Source: Octopus sinensis
Lineage: Eukaryota
NCBI RefSeq assembly: GCF_006345805.1
Contig: NC_043008.1
Location: 3,348,001 to 3,412,000 of the forward strand
DNA length: 64,000 nt
Direction of reading: 5' to 3'
Shown here: positions 13,440 through 27,805 of the stretch, piece after piece
Numbering within the stretch: the stretch's first letter is position 1
How the letters are laid out: each line of letters begins with the position of its first letter
Translations under genes and position numbers: made by a program
Notes under the pieces: model-generated
What the model saw: only the letters and a program-made list of their open reading frames with translations
Databases searched by the model: none
What the model was told of the DNA's origin: nothing

Positions 13440-15445
13440 CATACATATATATGGATGTATGTTTCTATGTTTCTATATGTTTGTATGTATGTTTGCATAT
13501 ATATATATCATTTCCGTTACAATTTATCATTGTCAAAAATAAATTACCAGACCATATTTCCAATGGGTTTGGTGAAAATTTTGTACAACATCAGTCACCG
13601 TCACTAAAAAACAAATGCATTTTTTCATGCTTTGTAACCAAAATTGTACTAATTCCATTTGTTATTTCCATTCTCTATTGCCGTTATGGGTATTTTGTAC
13701 AATGATTAATGGATGCGTATATGGTATCAATATAAAACCTATGGCTGCACCTACCACATGATTCTGTCAATTGTCTAAATATTTTATTGATTATACATAT
13801 GAATAAATTTGCCATATATATTCTTCATATAAATTCTCAAAGATAGCTTACTATATTTAAGTTCTTTATCGAGCGAGCAATCAATCTTATTTTTCTCCTG
13901 AAATATTGATTGATTTCTGTGTTCTCTGCTCCATTATTGGAGAAGCCAAATAGAATGATCCCAAAAGAAACAGTAGCAGTGTATAGAAACAGAATCGAAA
14001 GCGTGACTTCAACTCAGCTGTATTATTACAAATATGCAATCAATGTATTATATGGAAATGTATTTGATAAAACTATTTCAGAATCTCGTAAAAATAAGTT
14101 TGCATTCTGCCGAAAATTGAAAAGAATATTTCGAATATATTTATTTATTCATTTTATCTTATTTTATTTTATTTTATTAAAGAAAATCTATGATGAATAT
14201 GCATAATTAGCTTCTGATAGATAATTTCAAACTTATTTTTAATTTGAATACTCTTTAAATATTGCAGATAAGTTACCCTATGGCTTTTGAATATTTCGAT
14301 ATAGCTTAATTGGGAAGGTAGTATAGAATGACTAGTCGATGTAAATCTGAAGAATCAGTCTGATCTCCGCTCCATCTAATAATCTTCTTACCATGTTTAA
14401 ATGATAAAGACAGGTTAGGCGGTTTAGTAGTACATAAGATAAAAAACACTGGGTTACCACTGATGGAAATCTTTGGTCATAACTTCTTAATCAAATTGAC
14501 CTTGCAAATAAGTATCACATGCACTTTGTTAATATATAGAATTTATTGTAAATCCAGCTATATCTTTTATGATTCAGTTGTTTGTCGATCAATCACTCAG
14601 CACACGTTATGGCGTGATTAAGAATGCAGGTGTTGAGTTTTTATATCCAATTTCACAATTGCTTTATTGACGGGATGTACCCATTTCCATACGATCGTAG
14701 GCGAAATTTAAGCTCAGAGCTCTAACAACCTTGGACCTGTACTATACTGCATCACGTCTGACACTCTGAAAATTCACCTATCACACAGCCATTAACTGGT
14801 TATTCCTTTGTAGACACCAAAAGAATTGAAAGATGATGTTTGATCTTAGCGTCATTAGAATTCAGTGTGCAACGGAGCTGGACCCCAAACAGAAAAGGCT
14901 TTGCATCGAATAGTTTTAACGAAAGAACTTATTAATAAACTACTACCTTACAAGTATTCGATAAAACGAAGTGCAACAATATGGTAAGCGTGCTTTTGTA
15001 GTACAAATATTTGTAGTCATTTTGTCAAGTACAGATGTTTCTTTTTCTATTTTTGATGAAGCGTTGCCAATCACCGAAACAAGTGAGGTCGGTGTTCGCT
15101 CCCCGCCTCAGAGAAACATATTTGTTTTTTTAACAACCTGTCTAATTTCACAAGAGTATAAACGTGCGTTTACAAACAACACACCAAATATGATGTTTTT
15201 TATACTCTTACAATAATCTCTAAAAATCTAACGTGAGAGCTGATCCTCCGTTACTAATATTAATAATATTACTAATATTACTAATATTAGGGGGAAAGAA
15301 AAGTCAAATTTCCGTTTGATCCCACCCAGATATTTTTTAAAGCGTTTTGGACATCTTTCACACTAGATTGTTAGATATCTCTAAAGAAATAAGCTCACGG
15401 GTGGAATGCAAGGAGGAAACATAACTTCTTTACCCCTCATCAATT

Positions 15446-15541
<96 letters not shown>

Positions 15542-15580
15542 CACACATATACATATACATGCATACATTCACAAACATGT

Positions 15581-15652
<72 letters not shown>

Positions 15653-18600
15653 GAGTATATATATTATGCGTACACATTTATGTGGGTGATTCCAAATCTC
15701 CATCTAATAAGCTTTACTTTTTCATAAAACATATTGTTTTCCAATAAATGGTGAAAGAGCGAACCCATCCCTTTATACATTGTCTAAATTGGCCCGAAAT
15801 TCGACCAATTGATGATATGAGAATTATCTCCCTTGCATTTTATCCCGACTGAGAATTCTATATAAATTGCTAGTCTATTGTCAGTTGATCAAGGCTTTTC
15901 GACACATTATATGTGTCAGACAATATTATATATATCTCCATTTAGAATGCAGAATGCTTCCCCCGGAGTATTTTCTCTCGACAGTATTGTTTATTTTATG
16001 CTCTAGTTATGTGTCTAGTGAACGCGTTGCTTCAACTGTTAAGCTTAATATGTTTATATTCATCACTATTTTTCTGTTTGTTTTACTCATTTTCAGGTTT
16101 TTTATATTTTTCTCGTGTTTTCTTTACGTTCGTGTTCTAGAACTATCATATATTGTTGACTCAGCCATTGTTATGTTAGGCAAGCTGGGATGCAATTTAA
16201 TTTTATCACCAGTCTCCTAAGCTCATTATCCGAGAGGATTTGTTATGGGATTTGAAACAGTATTTCTTCCCAGTTTCCTTTTTTTTTCCATTTTCACTTT
16301 ATCTTCGCCAGCGACATGTTATTAAATTACAACATTATCGTAAAAGATAAATATGGAATTTAAGCTATTACCGAACATTAATGCGTATTTCTTTTTCCTA
16401 CTCGAACAACAATGCCATGTTGAAATACGAGGTTTCCAAATATTTAAAGTAATATAACAGAATTTCTAGAGATTCTATCAATTACTAATCTTTATCAAGA
16501 AAAGTAATGACACGAAATAATGCCGTCATTCCCGCTGCTAATACTGGATGTTATAGGACAAAAATAATGTATAAGTCTTAACAATGCACACACATTGAGC
16601 TTTTCGCCATCAAAGTCTTTTCCCATCATGTCTATACAAAATCACTCAGTAGAGATATTTGAGGAAACCTGTGGTTGATCATTTAAGGAATTAACAAGTC
16701 TCCTCCTGCTCTGGTGAAGCATACGAGTATCCATATACCTTGCAAGTTTTATTCTTCAGCGTAGCAAACTTTGCTCTCCAGAATGTACAATCTACAGCCA
16801 TTTAAATTTAACTATTGTGCTTGCCATGCATATTTTCGCCATGCACAACTTTTTAAAAAGTAAATGAAAACTTCCATTATACTTGACATCCGGCTTATCG
16901 CTCGCTTATATTTTTCCATTTTACGTTAACTTCTAAATTTTCAGAATTCAGATTAACATAACACTGTACTCAATAATTCATCCTTCCGCTTTACAATACG
17001 TCCTTGTAGGCCGTCACTTATCTTATCCATTTGACCCGCAGAGACTCATCTACAGGCGTTTACAGATAACATCAACCGCATCATTTTGTGCAGACTGGAT
17101 CCAAGACACCTGAAAATATCATGATTGCTGCCCTATCAGCTTTTACCTGAATTTTTAAAGAAACAAATGAAATGTAATGTTGATCATTATATCCAAGTAA
17201 ATAATAATGAATATCAAATTATGACTGAAGACAATGTTTAAAGTACAAATAACCATTGATCTTAAATTTTGATTGCTTAGCATACAGGAAATAACAAGTT
17301 TCTCCTTATTGTAATCAAGCAAAGAGAAAGGCCACAAATATTACATTCTGCTCTCCTCCCCGTAATTCCGCTGATCGAAGTTTCGCAAGTTCGAAATAAA
17401 ATATTAAATATAAAATATTGGCCAGCTGTTAGTTTATATATGCTACACTTAGTCTTTTCAATCGATGTCAAAATAGAGAAATATTCTATCGACAAATCGG
17501 CAGAGGGACGTTTTACATTGTCGGCCAACCAGCTCTCTCTCTCTCACACACACACGAGCGTATGTGTGTATATATACACATATGTGTGTGTGTGTGTGTA
17601 TGTATTCATGAATTTTGTTATGTTCTTGTGTATTTTGTGAAAATCGTACATCTGCTATAAAACTTAATTTTTCTTTTTAAATGAGTGATTGTGTCGTCTT
17701 TGTCTCCCAATGTGCTTCTTCGGGTGTTGCTTCGTATGGAAACGAAACTAGTAGTTGGTCCAGGTGCATTTTCTATATATTAAAATCCGTGCCATGTAAT
17801 TTACACAAACTATCTCAGAAGTTATCTAGAGCACCTGTAAGTTGCGTATGAAGTTTACGTCATCGGCACACACGCACACACACACAGCTGACGCACATCA
17901 CCGCACTGGTAGAAGTGTATTTGTATATGTCTTTCTTCTTTTTATAAGCAAAGATTTCGGATTGTGGAGACTTTCATAACAACACACTGCATAATGAATA
18001 ACTCATGTATGTTTGTTACAGTTACACAATACCCGCAAATCATTGCATCGCTTGTCGTGTTATTTTCTCGAAATGACTTATATTTTGATGTAATATCTCT
18101 AGACATCACTTTTATAGTTAATGGCGGGGGTAAATCTTTTTAGAAATTTTTCTTTCATGGATAGTTTATGTTATATTTCCCATTTACAAAATAAAAATGA
18201 AATACAAAAACTAAATTACTTTCATTTGACATTTGATGCCTTGTACAAGTTTTACTCGCTTCCTGGGTCAATGAATGCAAAATATAAATCGAGAAAATTT
18301 GCTAGAATATTTTGCTTTGCTGAACTTTATGTTGTGATAGATAATAAGCTACTCGAACAGAATAAATCCACTCTTTGCTTGGCTATTGCAGTCTTTGATA
18401 AACGTAAATTTCATTATTGACATATAATAACTACTAGTCGCTCTCAGTTTGATATTTTACGGTAACGCTTTGCCCTTTTCACATTGTTACAAGAACATCA
18501 GATCAGTGGTGTATACATACATACATACATACAAACATATATACGGGTATATATATGTGTGTGTGTATATATATATATTCACACATTCATATATGCGCAT

Positions 18601-19434
18601 GTGCATATGTATGTTTATATGCCCCTGAAAACAAATGCGAAGAATAATGTGTGTGCTGTTTTACCCATCACAGTCAGTAGTTATAACTACAACCTTTTTA
18701 CATCCGACCTAGCTCGAAGCTATGAAGAATTGTCACATTAACAAACCTATTCAAGGACGTTTCTCTTGTTGTTGTTGTTTTTTTATGAATGGTTATATAC
18801 AAAATGTTAGTCTTTAGATGAAGAAGCAGTGAAATTAGATACATGTAATATCACCCTAATACCACAAAGACCAATTAGGTCACAGTGGAAGACATAACGT
18901 TCGGAGATTGATTTAGTAGAGTAGAAAATATTTACTGAATAGAAGTGACGTGCTTATGGCCTCCTACCAAATTGAAATTTCAACTTCTGTTAAATCTTTT
19001 CTCTTGAATACTACATTATACTCTATTGAATATATTACGTTGATTTAGATTAGCCCCAGGACGTGTGAACTATAAGGCTTTCCAGTCGTGCCCACCTTGT
19101 CATTTATGCTAGGAACCTTACATAAAGGACCAATTCGTCCAATAATACCTGTACTTTTTGGAATTGTATTCTCATTTTAGAGAAAAATTAGCGATATTTT
19201 ACATCACAAATCGGGATTCTCGGTAGAGATTCATTTGAATGTCTGTTGTTTAAAATATGCAATCATGTATTCATAGCTTTCTTATACATTTTAATCTCTT
19301 ACCCCAATACCTCCTACATTACACGCTTATTAATTGGTATGTTTCCAAAATCTTGCCACTCGATCAGCTACAAATATTTTCAAGTTCCTAAAATGACACC
19401 CTACCGCACTCAATAAGTGAAGGCAACATAAAAT

Positions 19435-19615
19435 AATTATTTCAAATTTTAGCACAGAGCCAGAATTTTCGAGAAAGTGGGCAAGTCGACGACATCGTCC
19501 CTAGTATTCAACTGTTAAATATTTTATCGAACTCGAAAAGATGAAAGGCAATGTCGACTTTGGTGGCATTTAAAATAAGAACGTCTGACGAAATACTGCC
19601 GAAATACGCCTTAAG
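19435..19615 (-). mobile_element. Family-A SINE, diverged
   Basis: Reverse-complement motifs TTTTATCGAACTCGAAAAGATGAAAGGCAATGTCGAC and AGAACGT..ACGAAATACTGC. Confidence 0.75.
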
Positions 19616-21316
19616 GCCCCATTAAATAATACAGTTCTATTATGGGTTGTTTTTATTTCATTAATGACCTGAGGCTAAACAAAAGAAAATTTAAGAAAAT
19701 TTAAGAAAATAAATCCTAAACAATAACTCTTCAGTGAGGTCGTCTGCTTTGAAAGAAGTAAGAGGCGTCCTTTCACTCAGTCTCATGTTCATATTATAAA
19801 TTTGAAGGACAATTTCTACAGTTCTCAATATAACGTATAGAAATCAAATGATATGGCCATGAGTAGAATGACTTCGATCATATGAATGCTTACTTGAGAT
19901 TTCCTAAAGCTATATCAGCAACAAAAAGAGTCATATTCGAAGACCGCTAAAGGATATTCAAATAAAGTCCGCTAAATTTATTGATAAAACATAATCGAAC
20001 CATAGCTACCTTGTATTTATTTCAGATTCACTACATTTAAAATTATATTTTGTTCTCTCTTTATAACGTCTCGTTATGCTCTGTGAAACGAATTCACCTT
20101 TTTTTAAGGTGTTAACTTGCATCAAAATTTCATGTCGCATATTTTGTCATATGCATCTTAAAAATGAGAAATATATTTTACCTGTTTTCATTATTTCAAA
20201 AATTTAATTGAAACAAAAACTGTGTTTTTAACAGAAATATGTTAACATACGGTTTATGGTTTTATAGCATTGTGTGATTTGAAAGAGGTTTAGCTGCTAC
20301 CTCTAGCAGGCTGCGAGTGACTGCTTGTAGGCACCTGGGTTTTATATTTAGAAAAGTAAATATTATCAAATTCTATACAAGACAAAAATGAAAAGCAACT
20401 TATATTGTGGCTGAAACGCTAAGATCGTGCGTCACGTCGATCAGATCGAAAAAACAACAGCAACATCAAAAATAAAATAAACTCGGTTTTTAATATTAAG
20501 GTAAAGAAAAAAATATTTACCTGATTTGAAATTTGATACAAAAAGGAAGAATTACCTTTTCATGGATTTATTTTTTCTATAGTTTTTTGTCAACATTAGT
20601 TTAAGATAGAATTTGTCATTTTTTGTTTTAATTTTCAGTTTTAATTATGTTATATTGTTATTCATGCTTTGCGGTTGGTAGTTTCGTAACAAGTAATAAG
20701 GCATAACGTTAATCCTTTTCTCCATTTGATCGAATTTATTTGGTATCCGTGATTAAATGAAACATTTCAAGCCTGCATATGGAATCGATGTTGGTCGCAA
20801 AACTAGCAAGCCTTGTCTTGGAATGGTTCACATTTAGTTTATTCCAAACTGCAATTCTATTAATACAGCAAGAAGGGGAAAAATTAGAACAACACATATC
20901 ACAAAAATCTATTTCCCAAGATTGCCTTTTTCAGAAAAAAAAAAGTAAGGTTTCTTCTATCTGCGAAGAAAGTGGTACAACGGTATATGTTGCGTTGGTT
21001 TCTCTTTATAGGTATGTCGGCTGACTAAAGTTCGACGTTACTTTTGATTCTTGGCTGTTGCAAATTCACGATTGTCTTGGGAAATCATGTAATACATTCC
21101 TTTGCATATGATGTAAACTATATGGTAATAAGATCTGATCGGTGAAAGCATCTCTATGAGAACAACTATACGGCCATCCTACACTATGTCAGCGTTCTTT
21201 AGTGACGGAAAAGTCTTTTTTTGTCTATTCTGTGTGAACATTAGTATATAAGAATATTGAAAAAGACCATAATATATAGCACATGCCATGTAATATATAT
21301 ATTACATAACATATAG

Positions 21317-21900
21317 CACGGGTTGTTCGTTTAAAGTTGAATAACTCTGAAACCAACCGCCAATGGAAAATATCACTGAAGCGAATAAAGTAAAACGTAT
21401 AATTTATTACAGAAATTCACAATGCGTTTCGGATTTAATAATTTCAACCGAGCACAAGTTTTCTATAATATACTTTTCCATATGATTGCTTACACTCAAT
21501 TGAAAATCTGCTTTAGGTTATCAGTGGGTATCGCCTCAACGTTCCACAATTTCCATCATCAATGTACAGATGCACCGTTAATAAACAAATATAATTTTGT
21601 GTCATTTTGAGTAATTTGAATGATGACTTACAAATTTCTTGACATATCAAGTTTCGCTTGATAAAATGGTGTGAGATTTATAAGAAAATCATTAAGATAG
21701 ATTTAAGAATTTCGAATGGGAATATTGAAACATTAAATATGTATTCCATAACATTTATTTGTCGGTTTTTGTCAATCGTAAAAGCAAACAATAAGCTATT
21801 TTGTCATTGTCAATTACTTGTGCGTTATTACATCGAAGTGTGTTTCCGACGTCTTCCAAAAATATTCTTATATTTCACCTTTATAATAATTTCTACAATT
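21317..21900 (-). mobile_element. Decayed Tc1/mariner-like element relic
   Basis: Terminus CACGGGTTGTTCGTTTAAAGTT resembles a CAGGGTGT-type TIR. Adjacent stop-ridden minus frames give IPTDNLKQIF and ETHCEFL*, reminiscent of a Tc1/mariner transposase C-terminus. No second TIR identified. Confidence 0.35.
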
Positions 21901-22279
21901 CCTCGCCCAATAATTCTATGTATTTCCACACACTTTATAAACAAGTTCGCTCTCAGCTGGTGGTCCCTTCACTATCAAATATTCTAGAATTGATCATACT
22001 GCATGTTATTTCGGGTAACTGTCTGCTGCTATATCCTTGAAGCGACCCAAACTTGTGACTGATATTGGATAGGTAGAAATTGAGTGGAATCTTATCGAAT
22101 ATATTGTAATTGTACCTGACAAAGAGATTACTATGGCATAATTTTGAAATTAAATACAGTTGGCTACCTTATGCAGATTAAACTCCTTTTCAGACATTCT
22201 GCTAAATTTCGGGGCTTACAATAAATTATTCATCATGTCCTTATCAGGTTCGATGGTCTGCCAAATAATCATTTCTACC

Positions 22280-22483
22280 ATAGACACAAGGCCTCAAATT
22301 TGGGGGAGGGGGAAATTCGATCAGATCGACCCTAGCACTCAACTGGTACTTATTTTATCGACCCCAAAAGGATGAAAAACAAACTCAACCGCGGCGGAAT
22401 TTGTACCCAGAACATGAAGATGGACGAAATTCCTCCAAGAAACATGCTTGGTGGGCGCTAGCAATTCTGCCAACTCACCGCTT
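22280..22483 (-). mobile_element. Family-A SINE, full length
   Basis: CACAAGGCCTCAAATTTGGGGGAGGGG..AACTGGTACTTATTTTATCGACCCCAAAAGGATGAAA..GGCGGAATTTG..ATTCTGCCAACTCACCGC is the reverse complement of the 82-300 layout. Confidence 0.85.
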
Positions 22484-22969
22484 TATATCGTCTGCAAAAT
22501 AATGTCGGGCGTTGCATGTTGGAACTACGTCGTATATTTTCTAAATTTATAAACCGCCTCCCATATATGTGCTTAGTAGTATAATTCTTTACAGCTTATT
22601 TAATTTAGATATAATATTCACCAGTTTATTGAAAGTATCAATTCCCAGGAGCGTTTCGTAGTTCACATTAACGATTTACAAATTATGAAAGCATTTTTAA
22701 TACAACTATTTTTAAAATCTGGCATACTTTTAATGTAAATAGATCCCTGCAGAATCCGCAGTCAATATGTATGGTAAATGATACGTAATGCTTATACATA
22801 CACATTCACACAAACATACACACAAATATTCCTCCAGAGCTACGCGCAAGCACAACCACACAGACACGCACACACACACACACACACACACATACACACA
22901 CATATATATATATATATACACACACACATATGGAATACACGTGACGTTTTCTCGTTTGTCAAGGCACTC

Positions 22970-23003
<34 letters not shown>

Positions 23004-23028
23004 ACATACAGATAGATATACTATATAT

Positions 23029-23073
<45 letters not shown>

Positions 23074-23750
23074 TGTTATGCGTGCGGGCGTGTGTGGATG
23101 TATGTGTGTGGATGTGGGTGTGCGTATTATTTGGAAAGTTCTTCTATATTTAGTTTTATTTTTGACATTGGCATATGGTTTTGAAGAATTTAGAAGACGT
23201 CATTAGAAAGTAAATTATAGTAGCATCTAAATTCTAACCACATACTGCAAAAAGGTTTTAATTAATTTCCAAGACTGTAGTCGTGAATTCTTTATGATAC
23301 TCGAGAAGAAAATATTGTCAGGATACGTGTCAAGTGAATCTTTCTCATTCGCAGAGAATATAAAAAAATGGCGGAAATTATCTCTTAACGCTTATTTTTA
23401 TTCTTTAAGTATACACTCTGCTTTCATAATTAGCAAACAGAAAATAAAGAATTTCACAAACTCAATTATTCTTTTCTTGTTATAGTGAATGACACTGAAA
23501 AAGTAATTTAAACTTCCTAAATTCAAATAAAATTTGAAACTTAAAATTTACTTTATTTCTCGTATATTCTACATTCCTAATTATCGTAGTACTATTTCAA
23601 CGAAATCCCACACGGTACAAGAAAAGTAGAAACATTCGTAAGCAACTTAAATTCGTACAGGATTTCTTGAAAAGAAATATACAATTACATGTTGTTTCAA
23701 AGATACACGCATTTAAATAACGAAATTTTTACAGCTAACGTCCAATCCCC

Positions 23751-23804
<54 letters not shown>

Positions 23805-24004
23805 TATGAAGGAGATAAGTTTATTGATGGGAGTTTGATATGATATAAAGAGAAGGGAGAACGTCGTCATATCATTTCACAACGAAAAAGTCATTGATGG
23901 AATGGTAATTGCGTGAATCCAAAGTTATGTAGAGCGGTCGACTGAAATTCCTTTGATTAAAAGTTCTGCCACATCAAGGAGAGAATGTACGTCTTTAACG
24001 ACTT

Positions 24005-24222
24005 TTATCTTTTACTTGTTTCAGTCATCCAATTGCGGTCAGACTGCAGCATCACCTTTAAGGGCTTTAGTCGAACAAGTGTGCACCAGAACTTTTTTAT
24101 ACGCCTAGTACATATTCTGTCGGTCATTTTTGCCGAACCGCTAAAATACGATACAGAAACATCATCCACGGCGGTCAAGCGATGGTGGGAGACAAACACA
24201 GATATATTCATACATATTTATG

Positions 24223-24277
<55 letters not shown>

Positions 24278-24580
24278 GGGGTGACTGTGTGGTAAGTAGC
24301 TAGGAGTATGAGTGGCTGTGTGGTAAGTTGCTTGCTTACGAAACACATGGTTCCTGGTTCAGTCCCACTGCGTGGCACTTTGGGCAACTGTCTTCTACTA
24401 TAGCCTGAAATGACTGAAACAAGTAAAAGAAAAGATACATGACAGGCTTCTTTCAGTTTATATCTACCAAATTCATATTTAAAGCTTGGATGACCCGAGA
24501 CTTTCCCAAGTTACCACGCAGTAAGACGGAACCCGGAAGCACGTCGCAGGGAACCAAGCTTCTAACCACACAGCCACGCT
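24005..24580. mobile_element. Family-B tRNA-derived SINE pieces: 3' half (-, 24005-24210), doubled head (+, 24277-24410), 5' half (-, 24441-24580)
   Basis: A-box GTGGCTGTGTGGTAAG and B-box GGTTCAGTCCC at 24311-24366; both minus pieces match the copy at 60485-60883. Confidence 0.8.
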
Positions 24581-27245
24581 AATTTTTTATATGATAAATT
24601 AAATGTACATTTACGAAATCAGCTAAAATGATATTTTTAAGAAATAAGTTATGAATTTCCGACGATAAGAAATATTTTGATTCCAAAGTAGTTCATTTTG
24701 CAGAATAGAAAATCTTTCACAAAAACGAGTTTGCAGCTGAAAGAATATATGAATTCTAGAGATTACATACAGCTGCAAAGTCTGCAACACGGGAAGAAAA
24801 AAGCAAACAATATACACAGCAAAGAGAATACACAAAAGACTAGAAATAAAAGCAAGAAATAATGTAAATGTCGCAAATGTGTAAAAGTAAACGAAAAATC
24901 TGAACTGAATAATGAAAATTAAACTTCACATAGAGAGAAAAGGCTTCAAATGATAAAATGAATTTGGCATAGGCATACATATACATACACACATACACGC
25001 TCACGAACACACTGCTAAAAATAATACTAACGTCTCCCTCGAATCTGTCTCAGAAATTTAAAGAGATCACAACTGTTTCGACCGGAAACTAAGGAAATAA
25101 AACAAAGGCAGCATATGGAATAGATTGTGAGCCCATTAAGAAGCTCTAGAATGTAGAGATAATATACGATAATCAGTTTATATCCACTCAATCAGAATTG
25201 AAAAGCAGCTAAAGAGGAACAAAAGGAGAAAAAATAATGGAAAAACATGTTACGTATGCTTTCAGAATACAATCTGAACGAGCTGCGAAATAATACGGTG
25301 GACTTGTTCTCTCCGTGACTTTCCTCTATGAAAGACAGAAGTTTTCACCCATTCATTACAGGGCGGTAGAGTTTCTTACAAAATAATTTGTGATATTTGC
25401 TTACAATCATTTATATTGTAATTTCAGTTCACGCTAATGTCAAATGTTTTATATTTAAGACTTGCAGAAACAACGTATGTGTGTGTGTGTGTCTGTGTCT
25501 GTGTGTGTGTGTGTGTGTGTGTGTTTGTATATACATACATACATACATACATACATACATACATACATACATACATACATAGACACACACCTCTATCCCC
25601 TCTCTCTCTTTCTCTCTTTATATATATATATAATATACTGTTACGTGATGTCAAGATCAACACAGAAAGTACTCCATCTAGTGAGAGATAGATATCATTT
25701 AATAGACAAACGACATGTGCTACTAATAGTTTTTGTGCTAAGAACATGTCAAGAGCAAAGTTTCATAACACGCCTTACATCCCGATATAGTTAACAGGCA
25801 CAAAAAGTGGACTAAGAAGGGAATGAGAGAAGAAATGAGAAAAAGTGTGAAGGAAGTATATTCAAGAAGTGGAAGTTTAAAAACCCTGAAAACGAAAAAG
25901 TAATCAGAAATAAGTAAAAAGGGAAAAAAGAGTTATCTCTCTTACATCGTTAATTACAAGGCTGGAAAGAATGGTACAAGTTTATGGTACTAGTTAATGA
26001 GATATAGGAGGAGCTTCGAAATTCTTCAATAGGGACTTAGTCATATGTTTACAAATGCTGAAAATTTCAGATCTAGAGTTCAGCAGTGAGTTAGAGAACT
26101 TAGATCATGAAAGTATTTGAGCTATACCCAGCTAAGCATTGCTTACTTTTTTATTTGGTGCGTTTACATAAGGTGTGCATTTTCCGATTATTTTTCACTT
26201 TATCATATGTGGTGTTGTGTTATATTTTATATATCTCAAATCATACTACCTAATATAGTGTTTTCCAGGATATCATGGTATGTACAAACTCAAATTTTAT
26301 TTCTATTTTTTATCAGACTTTATGTTTACAGTCGTGATCCTAATATTTTCAACGGGCTTCCTGCTTCGATTCTTGGTAAAATTTCTGTTCATAAAAGGGT
26401 CTTATATAATGCACTCTAAACTCCTTATATAATTAATATGTTTCTTCCACACCATAATCCAAAAAACTATCTAAGAGATAACGACAAAAACGAATTTTTG
26501 AAATGTGACATAAACATATAGAAATGTAATGGAACAAAGGTTGTAAAGGGCAAACTATACAGCAGTTCTCAGAAACCTAAATCTATTTCTGTTTTCAATT
26601 CTGAACCTGGCACAATGTATTTGCGAAACAAACTTCCTACCACATAGTCACGCCTGCGCCTACGATATATAAAGTCATATACGATTTTATTCAGTATATT
26701 TACTAAAACACAGCAGTTATTATATATTTGGTGACAAATTCCCGGCATGCTCCACTCATCTGCTTCTTTCTGGGCCTTTCTCTGTATGTTTTTGTGTATC
26801 AAGAGCCACAGTGTCCGCTATGTTCTTTCTGTTAGAATCGTAAAGTGTGATTCCAGGTACATAACGTAACCTCTGCTAACATTTTAGCCATTCGAAACAC
26901 CGCGTGGAGTCCCCCCTACCATAACCCAAAACTCATTTTGTGTAATCGTATTCCTTATTAAAATCGAATAGCACAAGATATAATGGTTTCCGCGCCATTG
27001 ATTTTCTTCTACTCTCTTCATTGTTAAGAAAATAACTCTCTTCATTTCGTTCGTCTTGCATTTGAAAGTTCATTCTAAATAGGTTTTTTTAAGTACTTGT
27101 CTATATGATATGCCCATTTGTGAAGTATTGTATTTGCTAATTAAAATTAATCTTCGCTTTAACTTTTTTTGTTTAGAACAAATTTATGTACATCGCATAT
27201 CTTGTGTTATTGCACTTCTTTTCTGAGTTTATTATGGAAAGCGTA

Positions 27246-27445
27246 AAGGCGGCGACTTAGTAGAACAGTTTCAGCGTCGTTAAAATACTTTAACATATTT
27301 CTTCCCGGCCTTTTAATTTCTCCGTTTAAATTCTACTGGGGTCAACATTACTCCTTCGGTTTGATAGCATAAAGTTCCAGATAAGTACTGGAGTCGATAT
27401 AATTGACTAAACCCTCTCCATAAAATTGCTGGCTCGCTACTTTAA
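27246..27445 (+). mobile_element. Family-A SINE, diverged
   Basis: AAAGGCGGCGACTTAGTAGAA head; AAGTACTGGAGTCGATATAATTGACT; AAAATTGCTGGC tail. Confidence 0.7.
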
Positions 27446-27460
27446 TGACAAACCATTCCA

Positions 27461-27797
27461 TCTCTATATATAAAGCTGAAGTTGTCTGTGTATGGCAGGT
27501 TTGGTAGCCTTCAGCTAACGCTATCTCCTCCGAGACCCTGCGGCGCAAGTTGACCAAAATTGATAGTATGATAGGAGAAGGCTTGCTCTTCTTTCCATAG
27601 AAGAAAAAATTTATATTGGACCATGTTAACACCAAAGATTATTTACCTCAAAAAGGTGCTTTTTTTGCTATGAAAATCGCTATTTTTTTACAATTTTTTG
27701 ACTGCTCTGTCGCCATTTTTCGGTATATTTCAACCAGTAAAACGTTCACTTAAAGAGAATAACAAGCTACATAATGCAATATTTTTATTTTTGCTAG
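27461..27797 (+). mobile_element. Non-autonomous Helitron-like element (337 bp)
   Basis: Begins A|TCTCTATATATAAAGCTG and ends TTGCTAG|T: TC...CTAG termini at an A|T target with no TSD. No GC-rich subterminal hairpin is visible. Confidence 0.6.
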
Positions 27798-27805
27798 TAA
27801 GTTAT

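Noticed and set aside
26569-26850. 77-aa minus ORF and nearby splice-like sites
   Set aside because: The frame entered from the best acceptor stops early; no consistent exon.
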